From positions 32,001 to 96,000 of the forward strand of contig CBEUCH010000007.1 in assembly GCA_965541585.1 (NCBI GenBank): DNA of 64,000 nucleotides, written 5' to 3'. The translations under genes and the position numbers were made by a program. Of the stretch, positions 28,121 to 38,079 are shown piece by piece (the stretch's first letter is position 1; the number at the start of each line of letters is the position of its first letter). This DNA is from an uncultured bacterium. Lineage in GTDB: Bacteria; Zixibacteria; MSB-5A5; UBA10806. The notes under the pieces were generated by a model, which ran no database searches, was not told the DNA's origin, and was given only the letters and a program-made list of their open reading frames with translations.

Positions 28121-29065
28121 ATGGTAATGATGATGCGAATAATGCCTCTTTTAATTGCGGTCGCCATTGGCGCTCCTGCCTTTGGCGCTAAGTACTCGGG
28201 AGAATTTTTATATCTCGGTGTCGGGGGCAGGCCTCTCTCTCTGGGAGGAGCCTATGCAGCTGAAAGCGGTGATGTCCTTTCGGGCTACTATAATCCCGCA
28301 GGGCTATCCCGGATAAGCCGTCCGGAGGCGGTATTTATGCATTCAGAGACCTTCGGATCACTTCTTAACCATGATTTTCTGGCCTATGCTCGCCCATTGA
28401 GTTCGGGTAGCACACGGGCCGCTTTCGGGATTTCCTTATACAGGCTTGGCGGCGGTGGGATAATCGTAACGGAAGTGGATCAGAACGGCCGCTTCCGGAT
28501 GATTAGTGAGGAGTCGCATGCCGATTATGTGGGGTATTTTTCCTACGGCCGCATGTTCGGCAAACGTCTGAGCGCCGGTATTTCCGCAAAATTGTTATAC
28601 CGGGATATCGTGGACGAATCTGCGGTCGGCATGGGGCTCGATTTTGGGACCATTTATGCCGTGACGGATTGGGTGGATCTGGGATTGAATCTTCAGGACG
28701 TTCCCAGTACGCTCATATCGTATTCAACCGGCATGAAGGAAAGAGTTAATCCGACAGCGAAAACCGGGGCCAAGCTTCATGGGAAGCGCGGTAGGTTTAA
28801 GATGTTAATATTGGCCGATACCGATATACGTTTCGAGGGCCGGGATTTTTCCGCGCAGGCCTCTGCCGGCCCTGTCTCGTTCGATTTCCATTTCGGATTC
28901 GAGGTCCGGTACATGGAGAGGCTTTCTGCACGACTCGGCTCCGATATTGGCAATCTCTCACTGGGTGCGGGCCTGCGCTTCAACAGGTTCATAATCGATA
29001 TCGCCATGCGGGATCATTCCGATCTCGATCACTCGTACCTGGTATCCTTGATATTTCAGATGTAG
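28121..29065 (+). CDS. PorV/PorQ-like outer membrane beta-barrel protein
   Basis: FLYLGVGGRPLSLGGAY...YYNPAGL N-terminal signature. Confidence 0.75.
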   Translation: MVMMMRIMPLLIAVAIGAPAFGAKYSGEFLYLGVGGRPLSLGGAYAAESGDVLSGYYNPAGLSRISRPEAVFMHSETFGSLLNHDFLAYARPLSSGSTRAAFGISLYRLGGGGIIVTEVDQNGRFRMISEESHADYVGYFSYGRMFGKRLSAGISAKLLYRDIVDESAVGMGLDFGTIYAVTDWVDLGLNLQDVPSTLISYSTGMKERVNPTAKTGAKLHGKRGRFKMLILADTDIRFEGRDFSAQASAGPVSFDFHFGFEVRYMERLSARLGSDIGNLSLGAGLRFNRFIIDIAMRDHSDLDHSYLVSLIFQM

Positions 29066-29302
29066 CCAGCGATTGATTCTATCAATATATTGCGGCTATC
29101 AGGCTGCTGTTAAAGGGTTTTACAGTATTTATCGCGCGATTGCATCGTCGACCGGCATTTTAGACGGATGAAGACTTATTTTGACGTCTCAATGATCGGG
29201 GACAAGCACCCGGGAGAGTTTTATTCCAAAGGGTATTGACAGAGGGAGCGGCTTTTTATAATATTCGGGGCCTGATAGGGAAACATATAAAGCGAGGTAA
29301 AA

Positions 29303-31066
29303 ATGAGAAGGATCTTATTAGCGCTCTTACCGTTAGTTTCGATTGCCTGCCTTTTTGGATCGTCAAACCTGATCAACCCCGATGCTCGGATAGCCACTGT
29401 GGACGGGCGGTTCATATTATTTGCCAGTCTCGATTCTACAATAAGGGAATTAAAAACAAACTCCGATTTTGAAATGTCGAGCGATAGCCTGAAAACATAT
29501 GCTCTGGATAGTCTGATAGCCAGGGAATTGACTGAGATCCGCATTGATTCGACGATGCGCGATATGGAAAAGGAACTGGAATTCCGTCAGAAAAAAAGGG
29601 ATAATATCGCAGAGACGGCCAAGAAGGTTCTATATCAGAAAGGGGTAGCAGAGCGCATACAGATAGATTCGGCGACGGTGGTCGAGCATTATGAATCTTA
29701 CAGTGATGATTTCGTTGAGCGCGAGCAGGTCAAGGCGAGGCACATACTTTTTCGAAGGCTGGATCCTGATACAGCAGGGGTGAAATCGGAAGGAGAAAAG
29801 CTAAAGCTAATAGACGAAATAGATGATTATGCCAGAGAGAGGGCCGAATACGTACTGAATAAAGCTCTGGCTGGAGAGAGCTGGGATTCTCTTGCCGCGG
29901 AGTACTCGGATGATCAATCCAATGCTTCCAAGGGAGGCAGCCTCGGATATTTTTATCGTGGCCGGATGGTACCTGAATTCGATTCGGTGGCGTTTACCAC
30001 ACCCCCGGGCGAGATAGTGGGGCCGGTATCTACCCAGTTTGGTTACCATATCATAAGAGTGGATGACTATAGACCTGATCGACGGAAGCCACTCGATGAA
30101 GACCTCGAAAACGAGATTCGGAGCCTTCTTAAACGCGAAAAAGAGAAGGATTATGCCAACGCCTTCGTGGATTCTCTAAAGGCGGCGGCGGTTTACGTAT
30201 ATAACGAGGAGGCACTGGCTGTCGATGATAGTCTTTCGCCGGACACCTGGATGATGGCTGTAAACTCCAGAGATACGTTGTTCTATAACAGGTATGCGGA
30301 GGCTCTTCCGCGATATCTGAAATTTAAACAAATAGAAAATGCGACCGTTGAGGATAAAAAGGAAATGCTCAACCTTCTCGCGATCAATCTATTGCTGCTG
30401 GACGCCGCCAGGATGGCGGGATATCTGGAAGGTGCGGAGGTCACCGAAGCCTCGTACAATTATAGCCATAGAGAGGCCAAGAGACGAGTTATGAATCTGC
30501 TCAAGGATCCGCAGTACCAGCCAACGGAGGAGGAGATCGAGGCTTATTTCAATGCCCATATCGATGACTACAGATATGAACGCCCGCTTCTGGTTCATCA
30601 TATAATCTTTGAGGATTCATCGCTCGCCGAAACCGTCAGGGACTCGATTCTCGAAGGCGCCGATTTTGTTGAGATGGCCAGGCGTTATTATCCCGGAGAG
30701 CCTGAAATTCGAGAGGTGGCATACAACCTTGATTATATAGGGCCTGAGGATATGGGATCGACCTTCTACGAAGCCGCGGCTGGATTGAAGATCGGCCAGA
30801 TCAGCCATCCGGTTAAGACCGACTGGGGTTATCATATCATAAAGCTCGTAAGCAGGAAAGAGGACAAGACCTTGAAGCAGGTGAAACCCGGGATCAAGCA
30901 TAAGCTCAGGCAACGTCGCAATGCCGAGATCGTGGCCCGGTATATAGAGGAGTGGAAGGCCGCTGCCGAGATAATTGTCGATGAAGAGTTGCTGAAAAAA
31001 TTCCAGCCGTCCGGGCGCCAAAAAGTGACAACAATAATGCCGGAAATCGAGCAGGCAGGCGGATGA
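29303..31066 (+). CDS. Peptidyl-prolyl isomerase with two parvulin domains
   Basis: ARHIL, GGSLGYF, TQFGYHII and TDWGYHII. Confidence 0.9.
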   Translation: MRRILLALLPLVSIACLFGSSNLINPDARIATVDGRFILFASLDSTIRELKTNSDFEMSSDSLKTYALDSLIARELTEIRIDSTMRDMEKELEFRQKKRDNIAETAKKVLYQKGVAERIQIDSATVVEHYESYSDDFVEREQVKARHILFRRLDPDTAGVKSEGEKLKLIDEIDDYARERAEYVLNKALAGESWDSLAAEYSDDQSNASKGGSLGYFYRGRMVPEFDSVAFTTPPGEIVGPVSTQFGYHIIRVDDYRPDRRKPLDEDLENEIRSLLKREKEKDYANAFVDSLKAAAVYVYNEEALAVDDSLSPDTWMMAVNSRDTLFYNRYAEALPRYLKFKQIENATVEDKKEMLNLLAINLLLLDAARMAGYLEGAEVTEASYNYSHREAKRRVMNLLKDPQYQPTEEEIEAYFNAHIDDYRYERPLLVHHIIFEDSSLAETVRDSILEGADFVEMARRYYPGEPEIREVAYNLDYIGPEDMGSTFYEAAAGLKIGQISHPVKTDWGYHIIKLVSRKEDKTLKQVKPGIKHKLRQRRNAEIVARYIEEWKAAAEIIVDEELLKKFQPSGRQKVTTIMPEIEQAGG

Positions 31067-31076
31067 GAGAACCATA

Positions 31077-31733
31077 CTGCAGCAAAAAGATCAAATAAGC
31101 GGGCAGCCTGAAGGATCGGTATCCTCGGCCGATAAACGGCAAGATATCTCCATTACAGGGGAGATATTAAGAAAGCTTACTCATACCAGTGCGATCTCTA
31201 TACCAATCGTCTATTACTTTACCGGCCGGCAACTGGCTCTGACGCTTCTGGCTGTGGGACTTGTTTTATTTTTAACCATCGATTTATTGCGATTTTTCGG
31301 CCATAGCCGAACCAGAGGTTTCATTTATAATTATTTTGGCCTGATGATAAGGCCTCATGAAAAAGCGAATTTGACGGGCGCCACCTATATTCTGGCGAGT
31401 TCCATCCTGACCATTCTGATCTTTGATAAGCCGATCGCCATTCTGGCGATTGCATTTATCGTGATAGGCGATTCCGTAGGGGCCATAGTTGGCCGACTCT
31501 GGGGCCGAATCAGATACTTCAATAAGACCCTTGAGGGATCGGCGAGTTTCTTTATTGCCTGTTGTATAGTTGCCCTGCCGGTCCCTGGAATCCCCTGGTG
31601 GCTGAAAATCGCGGGCGCTCTTGTTGCCACCGTTACGGAGGCATTTAGCTTCTACGTTGACGACAACCTGACCGTCCCACTTATTTCCGGAGCCTTTATG
31701 CAACTCATTGTTAGCCAATCGGTTGTATTATAA
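31077..31733 (+). CDS. Phytol/dolichol kinase-like (cytidylyltransferase family) membrane protein; start uncertain, upstream of ORF-track call
   Basis: EILRKLTH motif upstream of 31254 in frame; GDSVGAIVG, KTLEGS, DDNLTVP. Confidence 0.8.
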   Translation: MQQKDQISGQPEGSVSSADKRQDISITGEILRKLTHTSAISIPIVYYFTGRQLALTLLAVGLVLFLTIDLLRFFGHSRTRGFIYNYFGLMIRPHEKANLTGATYILASSILTILIFDKPIAILAIAFIVIGDSVGAIVGRLWGRIRYFNKTLEGSASFFIACCIVALPVPGIPWWLKIAGALVATVTEAFSFYVDDNLTVPLISGAFMQLIVSQSVVL

Positions 31734-31742
31734 CAAATTCGC

Positions 31743-31771
31743 TTGACTTGGGCAATTATGGTACATATATT
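31743..31771 (+). promoter_or_regulatory. Sigma70-type promoter of the cold-shock gene
   Basis: TTGACT-17 nt-TATATT. Confidence 0.6.
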
Positions 31772-31803
31772 GAAAAAAAGGTCTATCCTTAAATGGAGGG
31801 TCC

Positions 31804-32010
31804 ATGACGAAAGGTAAGGTTAAGTGGTTTAATGATTTGAAAGGATATGGATTCATAACATCAGTAGATGATTTTCAGGACGTTTACGTTCATCACTCCG
31901 ACATTATGGCCGATGGCTATAAGACGCTCAAAGAGGGTGAAGCGGTGGAATACGAAGTAACTCGTTCGCCTGAGGGCCTCAAAGCCAAAAATGTTGTAGT
32001 GGTAAAATAG
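31804..32010 (+). CDS. Cold-shock protein
   Basis: GKVKWFN..KGYGFI, DVYVHHS, GYKTL.EG. Confidence 0.95.
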   Translation: MTKGKVKWFNDLKGYGFITSVDDFQDVYVHHSDIMADGYKTLKEGEAVEYEVTRSPEGLKAKNVVVVK

Positions 32011-32015
32011 CTTCT

Positions 32016-32043
32016 GGCCCGGCCTTTCAGGTCGGGTTTTTTT
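32016..32043 (+). terminator. Intrinsic terminator after csp
   Basis: GGCCCGGCC/GGTCGGGTT stem followed by T tract. Confidence 0.7.
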
Positions 32044-33093
32044 ATGAGGGTTATAGATCTCAGGTCGGATACTGTTACCAGGCCGTCTCCCGCTATGCGT
32101 CGGGCTATAGCGGAGGCAGAGGTCGGTGATGACGTTTTCGGTGACGATCCAACCGTTCAGCATCTCGAGGAGAAGACGGCAGCGCTTCTGGGGCATGAGG
32201 CGGCTCTATATGTGCCATCGGGTACCATGGCCAATCAGGTGTCGTTACGAATGCTTACCAGCCCCGGAGATGAAGTTCTCTGCGAGGTTGGCTCACATGT
32301 GGTAAACTACGAGGTCGCCGCCGCATCCGCCCTCTCAGGAATCCAGTTGTCTCCAATCGAGGCTCCCGATGGAATATTGACCCCGGAGCTGTTGGGGCCC
32401 AGAATCCGCCCCGAGAATATTCATCATCCTAATACAGCTCTTATTGCCTTGGAAAATACGCACAACCGCGCCGGCGGTAAGGTCTACCCGATGGAAATAA
32501 TCCCGGAAATAAGGGCTCTTGCCGACGAGCACAATCTCAAGTTCTATCTCGATGGCGCCCGGCTATGGAATGCGGCCTCTTATCATAAGGTTAAACCGTC
32601 GGTGATAGCCTCTCAATTCGATGCTGTATCCGTCTGTTTCTCCAAAGGACTGGGCGCGCCTGTCGGATCTGCGGTAGTGTCATCGAAGGAGATGATCGCC
32701 GGAGCACGGCGAATCAGGAAGATGTTCGGCGGCGGGATGAGGCAGGTGGGCATCATTGCCGCCGGTGCGCTGTACGCCATTGAGCATAACCTGGATAGAA
32801 TTGCCGATGATCACGTTCGGGCGAGGAAACTGGCATCCAATCTGCAACGATCGCCTCATCTCGATATAAATCCTGACAATGTTCAGACAAATATCGTTAT
32901 AATTGGTTTGAAACAGCCGCTATCGCAGGACTCTTTCTGCGGGAGGCTTAAGTCGGAGGGTGTTCTTCTCGTGCCTTTTGGCCATGCGAGGGTCCGCGCC
33001 GTGGCACACCTGGATGTAAATGACGAAGATATTGAACAGGCGTCGGAAATAATTATTGAAACCGCCAGATCTATTTCAAAGAGCTCCTCTTAA
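32044..33093 (+). CDS. ltaE: Low-specificity L-threonine aldolase
   Basis: IDLRSDTVT, PSGTMANQ, LDGARLWNA, CFSKGLGAPVGS, GGGMRQ. Confidence 0.95.
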   Translation: MRVIDLRSDTVTRPSPAMRRAIAEAEVGDDVFGDDPTVQHLEEKTAALLGHEAALYVPSGTMANQVSLRMLTSPGDEVLCEVGSHVVNYEVAAASALSGIQLSPIEAPDGILTPELLGPRIRPENIHHPNTALIALENTHNRAGGKVYPMEIIPEIRALADEHNLKFYLDGARLWNAASYHKVKPSVIASQFDAVSVCFSKGLGAPVGSAVVSSKEMIAGARRIRKMFGGGMRQVGIIAAGALYAIEHNLDRIADDHVRARKLASNLQRSPHLDINPDNVQTNIVIIGLKQPLSQDSFCGRLKSEGVLLVPFGHARVRAVAHLDVNDEDIEQASEIIIETARSISKSSS

Positions 33094-33135
33094 TCGTCAT
33101 TCTTTTTTCGCCGATATTATTTAGAAGGGGAATAT

Positions 33136-34626
33136 ATGCTGAGATTTTTTGGAAAAGGTATCGGTTCAGGCGTTTCAATATTTGCATCCGTGGCCCTCTG
33201 GGCAGTATCCATGATCCTGGTTTTCGACGAAAATTACGCCACATCAGGGTCGGCCGATCTCAGCGACATTTCCATTGGTAAATCCGGAGTAGACGAATTT
33301 CAGACCTGGATGAACATTACCATGGGATCAGATAAAATCGGATACAGCATGCAATCATTAACCGACTCACCTCTCGGGTATATTCTAAAAGACTATTCCC
33401 TGATAAAACTTCCTATGGGTGGAACCGTAAGAGAGGTATATCTCGATTCCTACTCCGTTCTAAAGCTCGACTACTCGCTTAAGAATTTTACGTTCGGACT
33501 GGTGTCTGGCGATTACACCACAGATATTTTCGGAGAGGTGAGAGACGACAAACTGATAGTCAGGATACGTTCCAGGAACAGCGAATCTGTAGCATCTTTC
33601 GATGCCGGCAAGGGCATATACCTGCCTGCCGTGGTGCCGCTTCTCGCCCGGGCCCGTGGGTTTCCCGAGGGTGAATTCAGCCTTCCGACTTTCGATCCTT
33701 TCTCGCTTATAACCGATGATCTGGATATTCTTATCGGGCAGGCAGAGAATGTCAAAACAGAACTTGGCGACGGCCGGGGATACAGGATAACAGTGGGATT
33801 TTCGGGCGTCACGAGCTTCATGTGGGTTGATGATGAAGGTCGCGTTCTCAGACAGGAGGAGACCGGCGGCATGGCGATGGTACTGACGGATAAAGAGCAT
33901 GCCCTGGATATGCCTACAGTTTCCGGAACCGGCAAAGATCTGCTGGATGAGCTGGCCGTACCCTGTAACGGGATCATACCGGACCCCCGGCATTTGAAAT
34001 ATCTCAAGGTTGAGATTGAGGGAATCGAGCCGGAGTTTTTCGACCTGGAGGATGATTTTCAGACCGTCGTCTCCCGCGACCCCCTGGTATTGGAGATTCA
34101 TCCCCAGCGATTAAATCCCTCCGTGCTGGAGGATTCAGCGAACTTCTTGTCGCCACAACTCTTTTTGCAGGTTGATGACCCGAGAATTGTCACGGCCGCG
34201 GAGAAAATAGTCGGGGATGTCAACGATCCATCCGAAAAGGCCGACCTTGTGGGTCGATGGGTATATGAGAACGTTGTTAAGGATTTGACTGTCTCGATGC
34301 CATCGGCTGTGGATGTCCTCGAAGTCAGAAAAGGAGATTGCAACGAGCATACGTCGCTATACACCGCCCTGGCCAGGGCCATCGGGCTACCAACAAAAGT
34401 CTGCATCGGGATCGTATATAAAGACGGCTATTTTTACTACCATGCCTGGCCGGCAGTCTTTCTGGGAAGCTGGCTCCCCATAGATCCCACCTTCGGACAA
34501 AAGGTTGCCGATGCCGCCCATATAAAGTTGCTTGAGGGAGGTTTCGAAAGGCAAACCGATCTTATGAGGGTTGTAGGCAAAATTTCTGTTACGGTCCTGG
34601 ATTTTTCCGGCGGAGAACCGCTATAA
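33136..34626 (+). CDS. Transglutaminase-like domain protein
   Basis: GDCNEH...YHAW...IDPT catalytic triad. Confidence 0.9.
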   Translation: MLRFFGKGIGSGVSIFASVALWAVSMILVFDENYATSGSADLSDISIGKSGVDEFQTWMNITMGSDKIGYSMQSLTDSPLGYILKDYSLIKLPMGGTVREVYLDSYSVLKLDYSLKNFTFGLVSGDYTTDIFGEVRDDKLIVRIRSRNSESVASFDAGKGIYLPAVVPLLARARGFPEGEFSLPTFDPFSLITDDLDILIGQAENVKTELGDGRGYRITVGFSGVTSFMWVDDEGRVLRQEETGGMAMVLTDKEHALDMPTVSGTGKDLLDELAVPCNGIIPDPRHLKYLKVEIEGIEPEFFDLEDDFQTVVSRDPLVLEIHPQRLNPSVLEDSANFLSPQLFLQVDDPRIVTAAEKIVGDVNDPSEKADLVGRWVYENVVKDLTVSMPSAVDVLEVRKGDCNEHTSLYTALARAIGLPTKVCIGIVYKDGYFYYHAWPAVFLGSWLPIDPTFGQKVADAAHIKLLEGGFERQTDLMRVVGKISVTVLDFSGGEPL

Positions 34627-34632
34627 AGAGAT

Positions 34633-35394
34633 ATGATCGATATTTTAAAAGTCACCAAGAGATTTGGCAATAAGACTGCGGTCGACGATTTATCTCTTCA
34701 TGTAAAAGCAGGTGAGTGTTTCGGCTTTCTGGGACCTAATGGGGCCGGCAAGACCACTACCATAAAGCTGATGACAGGTCTTCTAAGGCCGGAGAGCGGT
34801 ACAATCAGGATATGCGGAACCGATATCATCAAGGATCCGGAATCGGCCAAAATGAAGACCGGCTATGTCCCCGACTCTCCCTACGTTTATGAGAAACTCA
34901 CCGCCCGGGAGTATCTTGAGTTTACGGGGGGGCTTTATGATATGTCCCCGGAGAGGATCAAGTCGCAGACGGAATGGCTGTTTGACCTTTTCGGGATGGA
35001 TGGCTGGGCCGATCATAGATGCGAAGAATATTCGCATGGTATGCGACAGAAGGTGGTCTTCTGCTCGGCGTTTCTTCACAATCCCGAGGTGCTGATAGTC
35101 GATGAGCCCATGGTTGGCCTGGACCCGCAGTCTATGAGACTGGTTAAAGATCTTCTGAAGCTTTATTTATCCAAAGGGACTGCCATTTTCATGTCCACCC
35201 ATACATTAACCGTAGCCGAAGAGATGTGCGATAGAATAGGGATTGTCCGCGACGGCAGGCTAATAGGATTGGGAACACTTGATGAACTCGGGTCTATGGC
35301 GGCCGCCGAAGGCGAGAATCTGGAGAGCCTGTTCTTGAAGATGACCGGCGGTTCCAGACAGGCGAATCTTGCCGCCGGAGCCGATCTTGAATAA
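34633..35394 (+). CDS. ABC transporter ATP-binding protein
   Basis: GPNGAGKTT, YSHGMRQK, IVDEP. Confidence 0.95.
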   Translation: MIDILKVTKRFGNKTAVDDLSLHVKAGECFGFLGPNGAGKTTTIKLMTGLLRPESGTIRICGTDIIKDPESAKMKTGYVPDSPYVYEKLTAREYLEFTGGLYDMSPERIKSQTEWLFDLFGMDGWADHRCEEYSHGMRQKVVFCSAFLHNPEVLIVDEPMVGLDPQSMRLVKDLLKLYLSKGTAIFMSTHTLTVAEEMCDRIGIVRDGRLIGLGTLDELGSMAAAEGENLESLFLKMTGGSRQANLAAGADLE

Positions 35395-37084
35395 GAGTAT
35401 TCATATAATGCATTATAAAACGGTCTCCGCCAGATCGTTTCTGCGTCATCTCGATTTTGAGACTGTAATGAAAATCCTGGTGGGGTTGTTCGTTGTCTCG
35501 TGCTTTTTTACAGGGGGTCTGTTCTTCTTTTATAGAATCTTTAGCTACCTCGGCGGTCTTCGAGACATAGGATTTCTCTTGATGAACAAGCTGGTCTCAT
35601 TGGGATTCCTGGCAATATTCATGATGCTTGTTATCTCCAATATTGTAACATCGATTTCCACGTTGTACCGTTCGCGGGAAACCGCATTTCTGTTGTCGAC
35701 GCCGACAGCGTATCAGAAGGTTTTCACGGTGAAGTTTATAGATAATATATTCTTCTCTACCTGGGCGGTGTTGCTCCTGGGGCTGCCCTTGATTCTGGCT
35801 TATGGAATGGTTCGAGAATTCGTGCTCTGGGAGTATCTATTCGAGATATTCTGTGTATTAATTCCATTCGTGATCATACCGGCCTGTTTAGGCGTCTCGC
35901 TTTCGCTGCTGATGTTTCTGGCCTCGAAATACCTGAGCCCGCGCCATATGACAATTATGTTGGGTTCTCTGATCGTTGTCGGAATAGTCGTATATTTTAA
36001 GATAGGGCAGCCGTCATCACTGGCATTCAACGTTATCTCTGACTGGAGAGTATTGAACCGTTACCTCAGCTCTATGGGAGCGACTTCTTTTGCCTTTTTA
36101 CCCAGCTTCTGGGTATCGGAGACATTGAGAACCATCGCCTCCGGAAGCAGGCATTCACTTCTCGTCTATATGCTGGCATTGATCTCGACGACCCTTTTGT
36201 TTTTGAATGCCACTTTTAAGTTTGCCGGTAAATATTATTACGAAAGCTGGCTTGCATCTGCGGGGCATACCGGCAAACATTCCGACGTGAAACAAGTAAC
36301 AAAACGTGTGTCCAGGTTTTTCCGCCTCCCGAACTGGCTGCCGTCTGATTTTAAAGCCGTCCTCTCTAAGGATCTGAAGTTGTTTGTCCGCGAGCCGGCT
36401 CAATGGGCTCAATTTACAGTCCTGCTGGTCCTGCTGGTTATTTATCTGGTAAATCTTAAATATTTTCCTACCGATGTCGAGGATTCCTACTGGAAAACGT
36501 TAATAGGATTTGGCAATTTCGCTTTTTCGGGTTTCATCCTGGCCACCCTTTCGGTCCGATTCGTTTTCCCCAATATAAGCCTCGAGGGGAAATCGTTCTG
36601 GGCCATAACATCGTCGCCCATGCGTCTGAGGAGAGTTTTCTGGGTGAAGTTCTGGGCCGCCTTTTCGATATTTCTCCTGATCTCGGAAGTGCTGGCATTC
36701 GCTTCCAATCTCATGCTCGGTTTGCGCGGAATGCTCATGGCGCTGACGTTTTTCTCCGTACTGCTTATGTCCGTATCATTAACCAGTCTATCAGTCGGCC
36801 TGGGTGCGATTTTCCCCAGATTCGAGGAGCGGAACCCGGGGAAGATTGCCTCTTCCATGGGAGGCATGCTGGCCACTATCATAAGCCTGGCATATGTGGG
36901 CGTGATGGTTGTTTTCGCGGCGCTTCCGGTAAGCAAATACACTTTGCATAAAATGAATCCCGTTATACCTTTTCCCACGTTTGAGGTAACGCTCTCGGTT
37001 GTGCTGATATTGATTTTAAATTTGACAGCCATCACCGTGCCGCTTAAATTAGGGCTTTCGTCCATGAGAAAGCGGGACTATTAG
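35369..37084 (+). CDS. Putative ABC exporter permease (start uncertain)
   Basis: Multi-TM; KDLKLFVR, RFVFPNISLEG; follows ABC ATPase. Confidence 0.8.
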   Translation: MPPEPILNKSIHIMHYKTVSARSFLRHLDFETVMKILVGLFVVSCFFTGGLFFFYRIFSYLGGLRDIGFLLMNKLVSLGFLAIFMMLVISNIVTSISTLYRSRETAFLLSTPTAYQKVFTVKFIDNIFFSTWAVLLLGLPLILAYGMVREFVLWEYLFEIFCVLIPFVIIPACLGVSLSLLMFLASKYLSPRHMTIMLGSLIVVGIVVYFKIGQPSSLAFNVISDWRVLNRYLSSMGATSFAFLPSFWVSETLRTIASGSRHSLLVYMLALISTTLLFLNATFKFAGKYYYESWLASAGHTGKHSDVKQVTKRVSRFFRLPNWLPSDFKAVLSKDLKLFVREPAQWAQFTVLLVLLVIYLVNLKYFPTDVEDSYWKTLIGFGNFAFSGFILATLSVRFVFPNISLEGKSFWAITSSPMRLRRVFWVKFWAAFSIFLLISEVLAFASNLMLGLRGMLMALTFFSVLLMSVSLTSLSVGLGAIFPRFEERNPGKIASSMGGMLATIISLAYVGVMVVFAALPVSKYTLHKMNPVIPFPTFEVTLSVVLILILNLTAITVPLKLGLSSMRKRDY

Positions 37085-37106
37085 AGGAAGTCCCCGGGAG
37101 AATGGA

Positions 37107-38030
37107 ATGAAGATTCTGGTTACGGGGGGCGCGGGTTTTATAGGCTCTAATCTTGCCTCGGCCCTGGTTGACGCCGATCATAATGTGGTTATTATCGATG
37201 ATCTTTCCACAGGTAAACCCGAAAACGTACCGCCGAAAGCCGGGTTTCATGAAATGGATATATCCTCTCCTGTTGTGGATAAGATTTTTGAGAGGGAGAA
37301 ATTCGATGTCGTCTTTCATCTGGCCGCGCAGATGGATGTTCGAAGATCGGTGGAAAATCCCGGGAATGATGCCGAGATCAATATCCTGGGAGGGATAAAC
37401 CTTCTTCAATCGTCGGTGAGGCACGAGATCAAAAAGTTCATATTCTCCTCCACGGGCGGCGCTATATATGGAGAGCAGGATTACTTTCCCGCCGATGAGA
37501 AGCACCCCCTAAATCCCGTCAGCCCTTACGGTATTTCAAAGCTGGCTTTCGAGAAATACCTTTATTTTTACAACATCCAGCATGGATTACCCTATGTGGC
37601 CCTGCGGTACGCCAACGTTTACGGCCCCAGGCAGAACAGCCACGGCGAAGCCGGGGTTGTGGCTATATTTTGCGAAAGGCTCTTAAGAGGTAATAAAGCA
37701 GTCGTTTATGGCGACGGTCTCCAGACACGGGATTTTGTCTACGTCGCAGATGTGGTCAAGGCAAATCTTTTGGCGTTGGATTACGACCGATCCGATCTGT
37801 TCAACGTCGGCGCGGGAACCGAGATCGATATAAATACCATATTCGAGAAAATCAAGGCCGCCACCGGCTCAGATCAGGAGAGGATCAATGAGGCGGCCAT
37901 GCCGGGCGAGCAGAGACGAAGCTGTATCGCCTATGAGAAGATCGACGGGCAAATGGGATGGTCGCCGGGCGTCGGGCTCGATGACGGCATCGAAAAAACG
38001 GTTGCCTTCTTCAGATCGAAGCTCAAGTGA
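37107..38030 (+). CDS. NAD-dependent epimerase (UDP-glucose 4-epimerase-like)
   Basis: TGGAGFIG, SPYGISK, LRYANVYGPRQ, RDFVYV. Confidence 0.9.
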   Translation: MKILVTGGAGFIGSNLASALVDADHNVVIIDDLSTGKPENVPPKAGFHEMDISSPVVDKIFEREKFDVVFHLAAQMDVRRSVENPGNDAEINILGGINLLQSSVRHEIKKFIFSSTGGAIYGEQDYFPADEKHPLNPVSPYGISKLAFEKYLYFYNIQHGLPYVALRYANVYGPRQNSHGEAGVVAIFCERLLRGNKAVVYGDGLQTRDFVYVADVVKANLLALDYDRSDLFNVGAGTEIDINTIFEKIKAATGSDQERINEAAMPGEQRRSCIAYEKIDGQMGWSPGVGLDDGIEKTVAFFRSKLK

Positions 38031-38079
38031 AGTTGCGAGTAGTATGGTTGGTTCCCGATGCCTTTAGCATTCTATAAAT

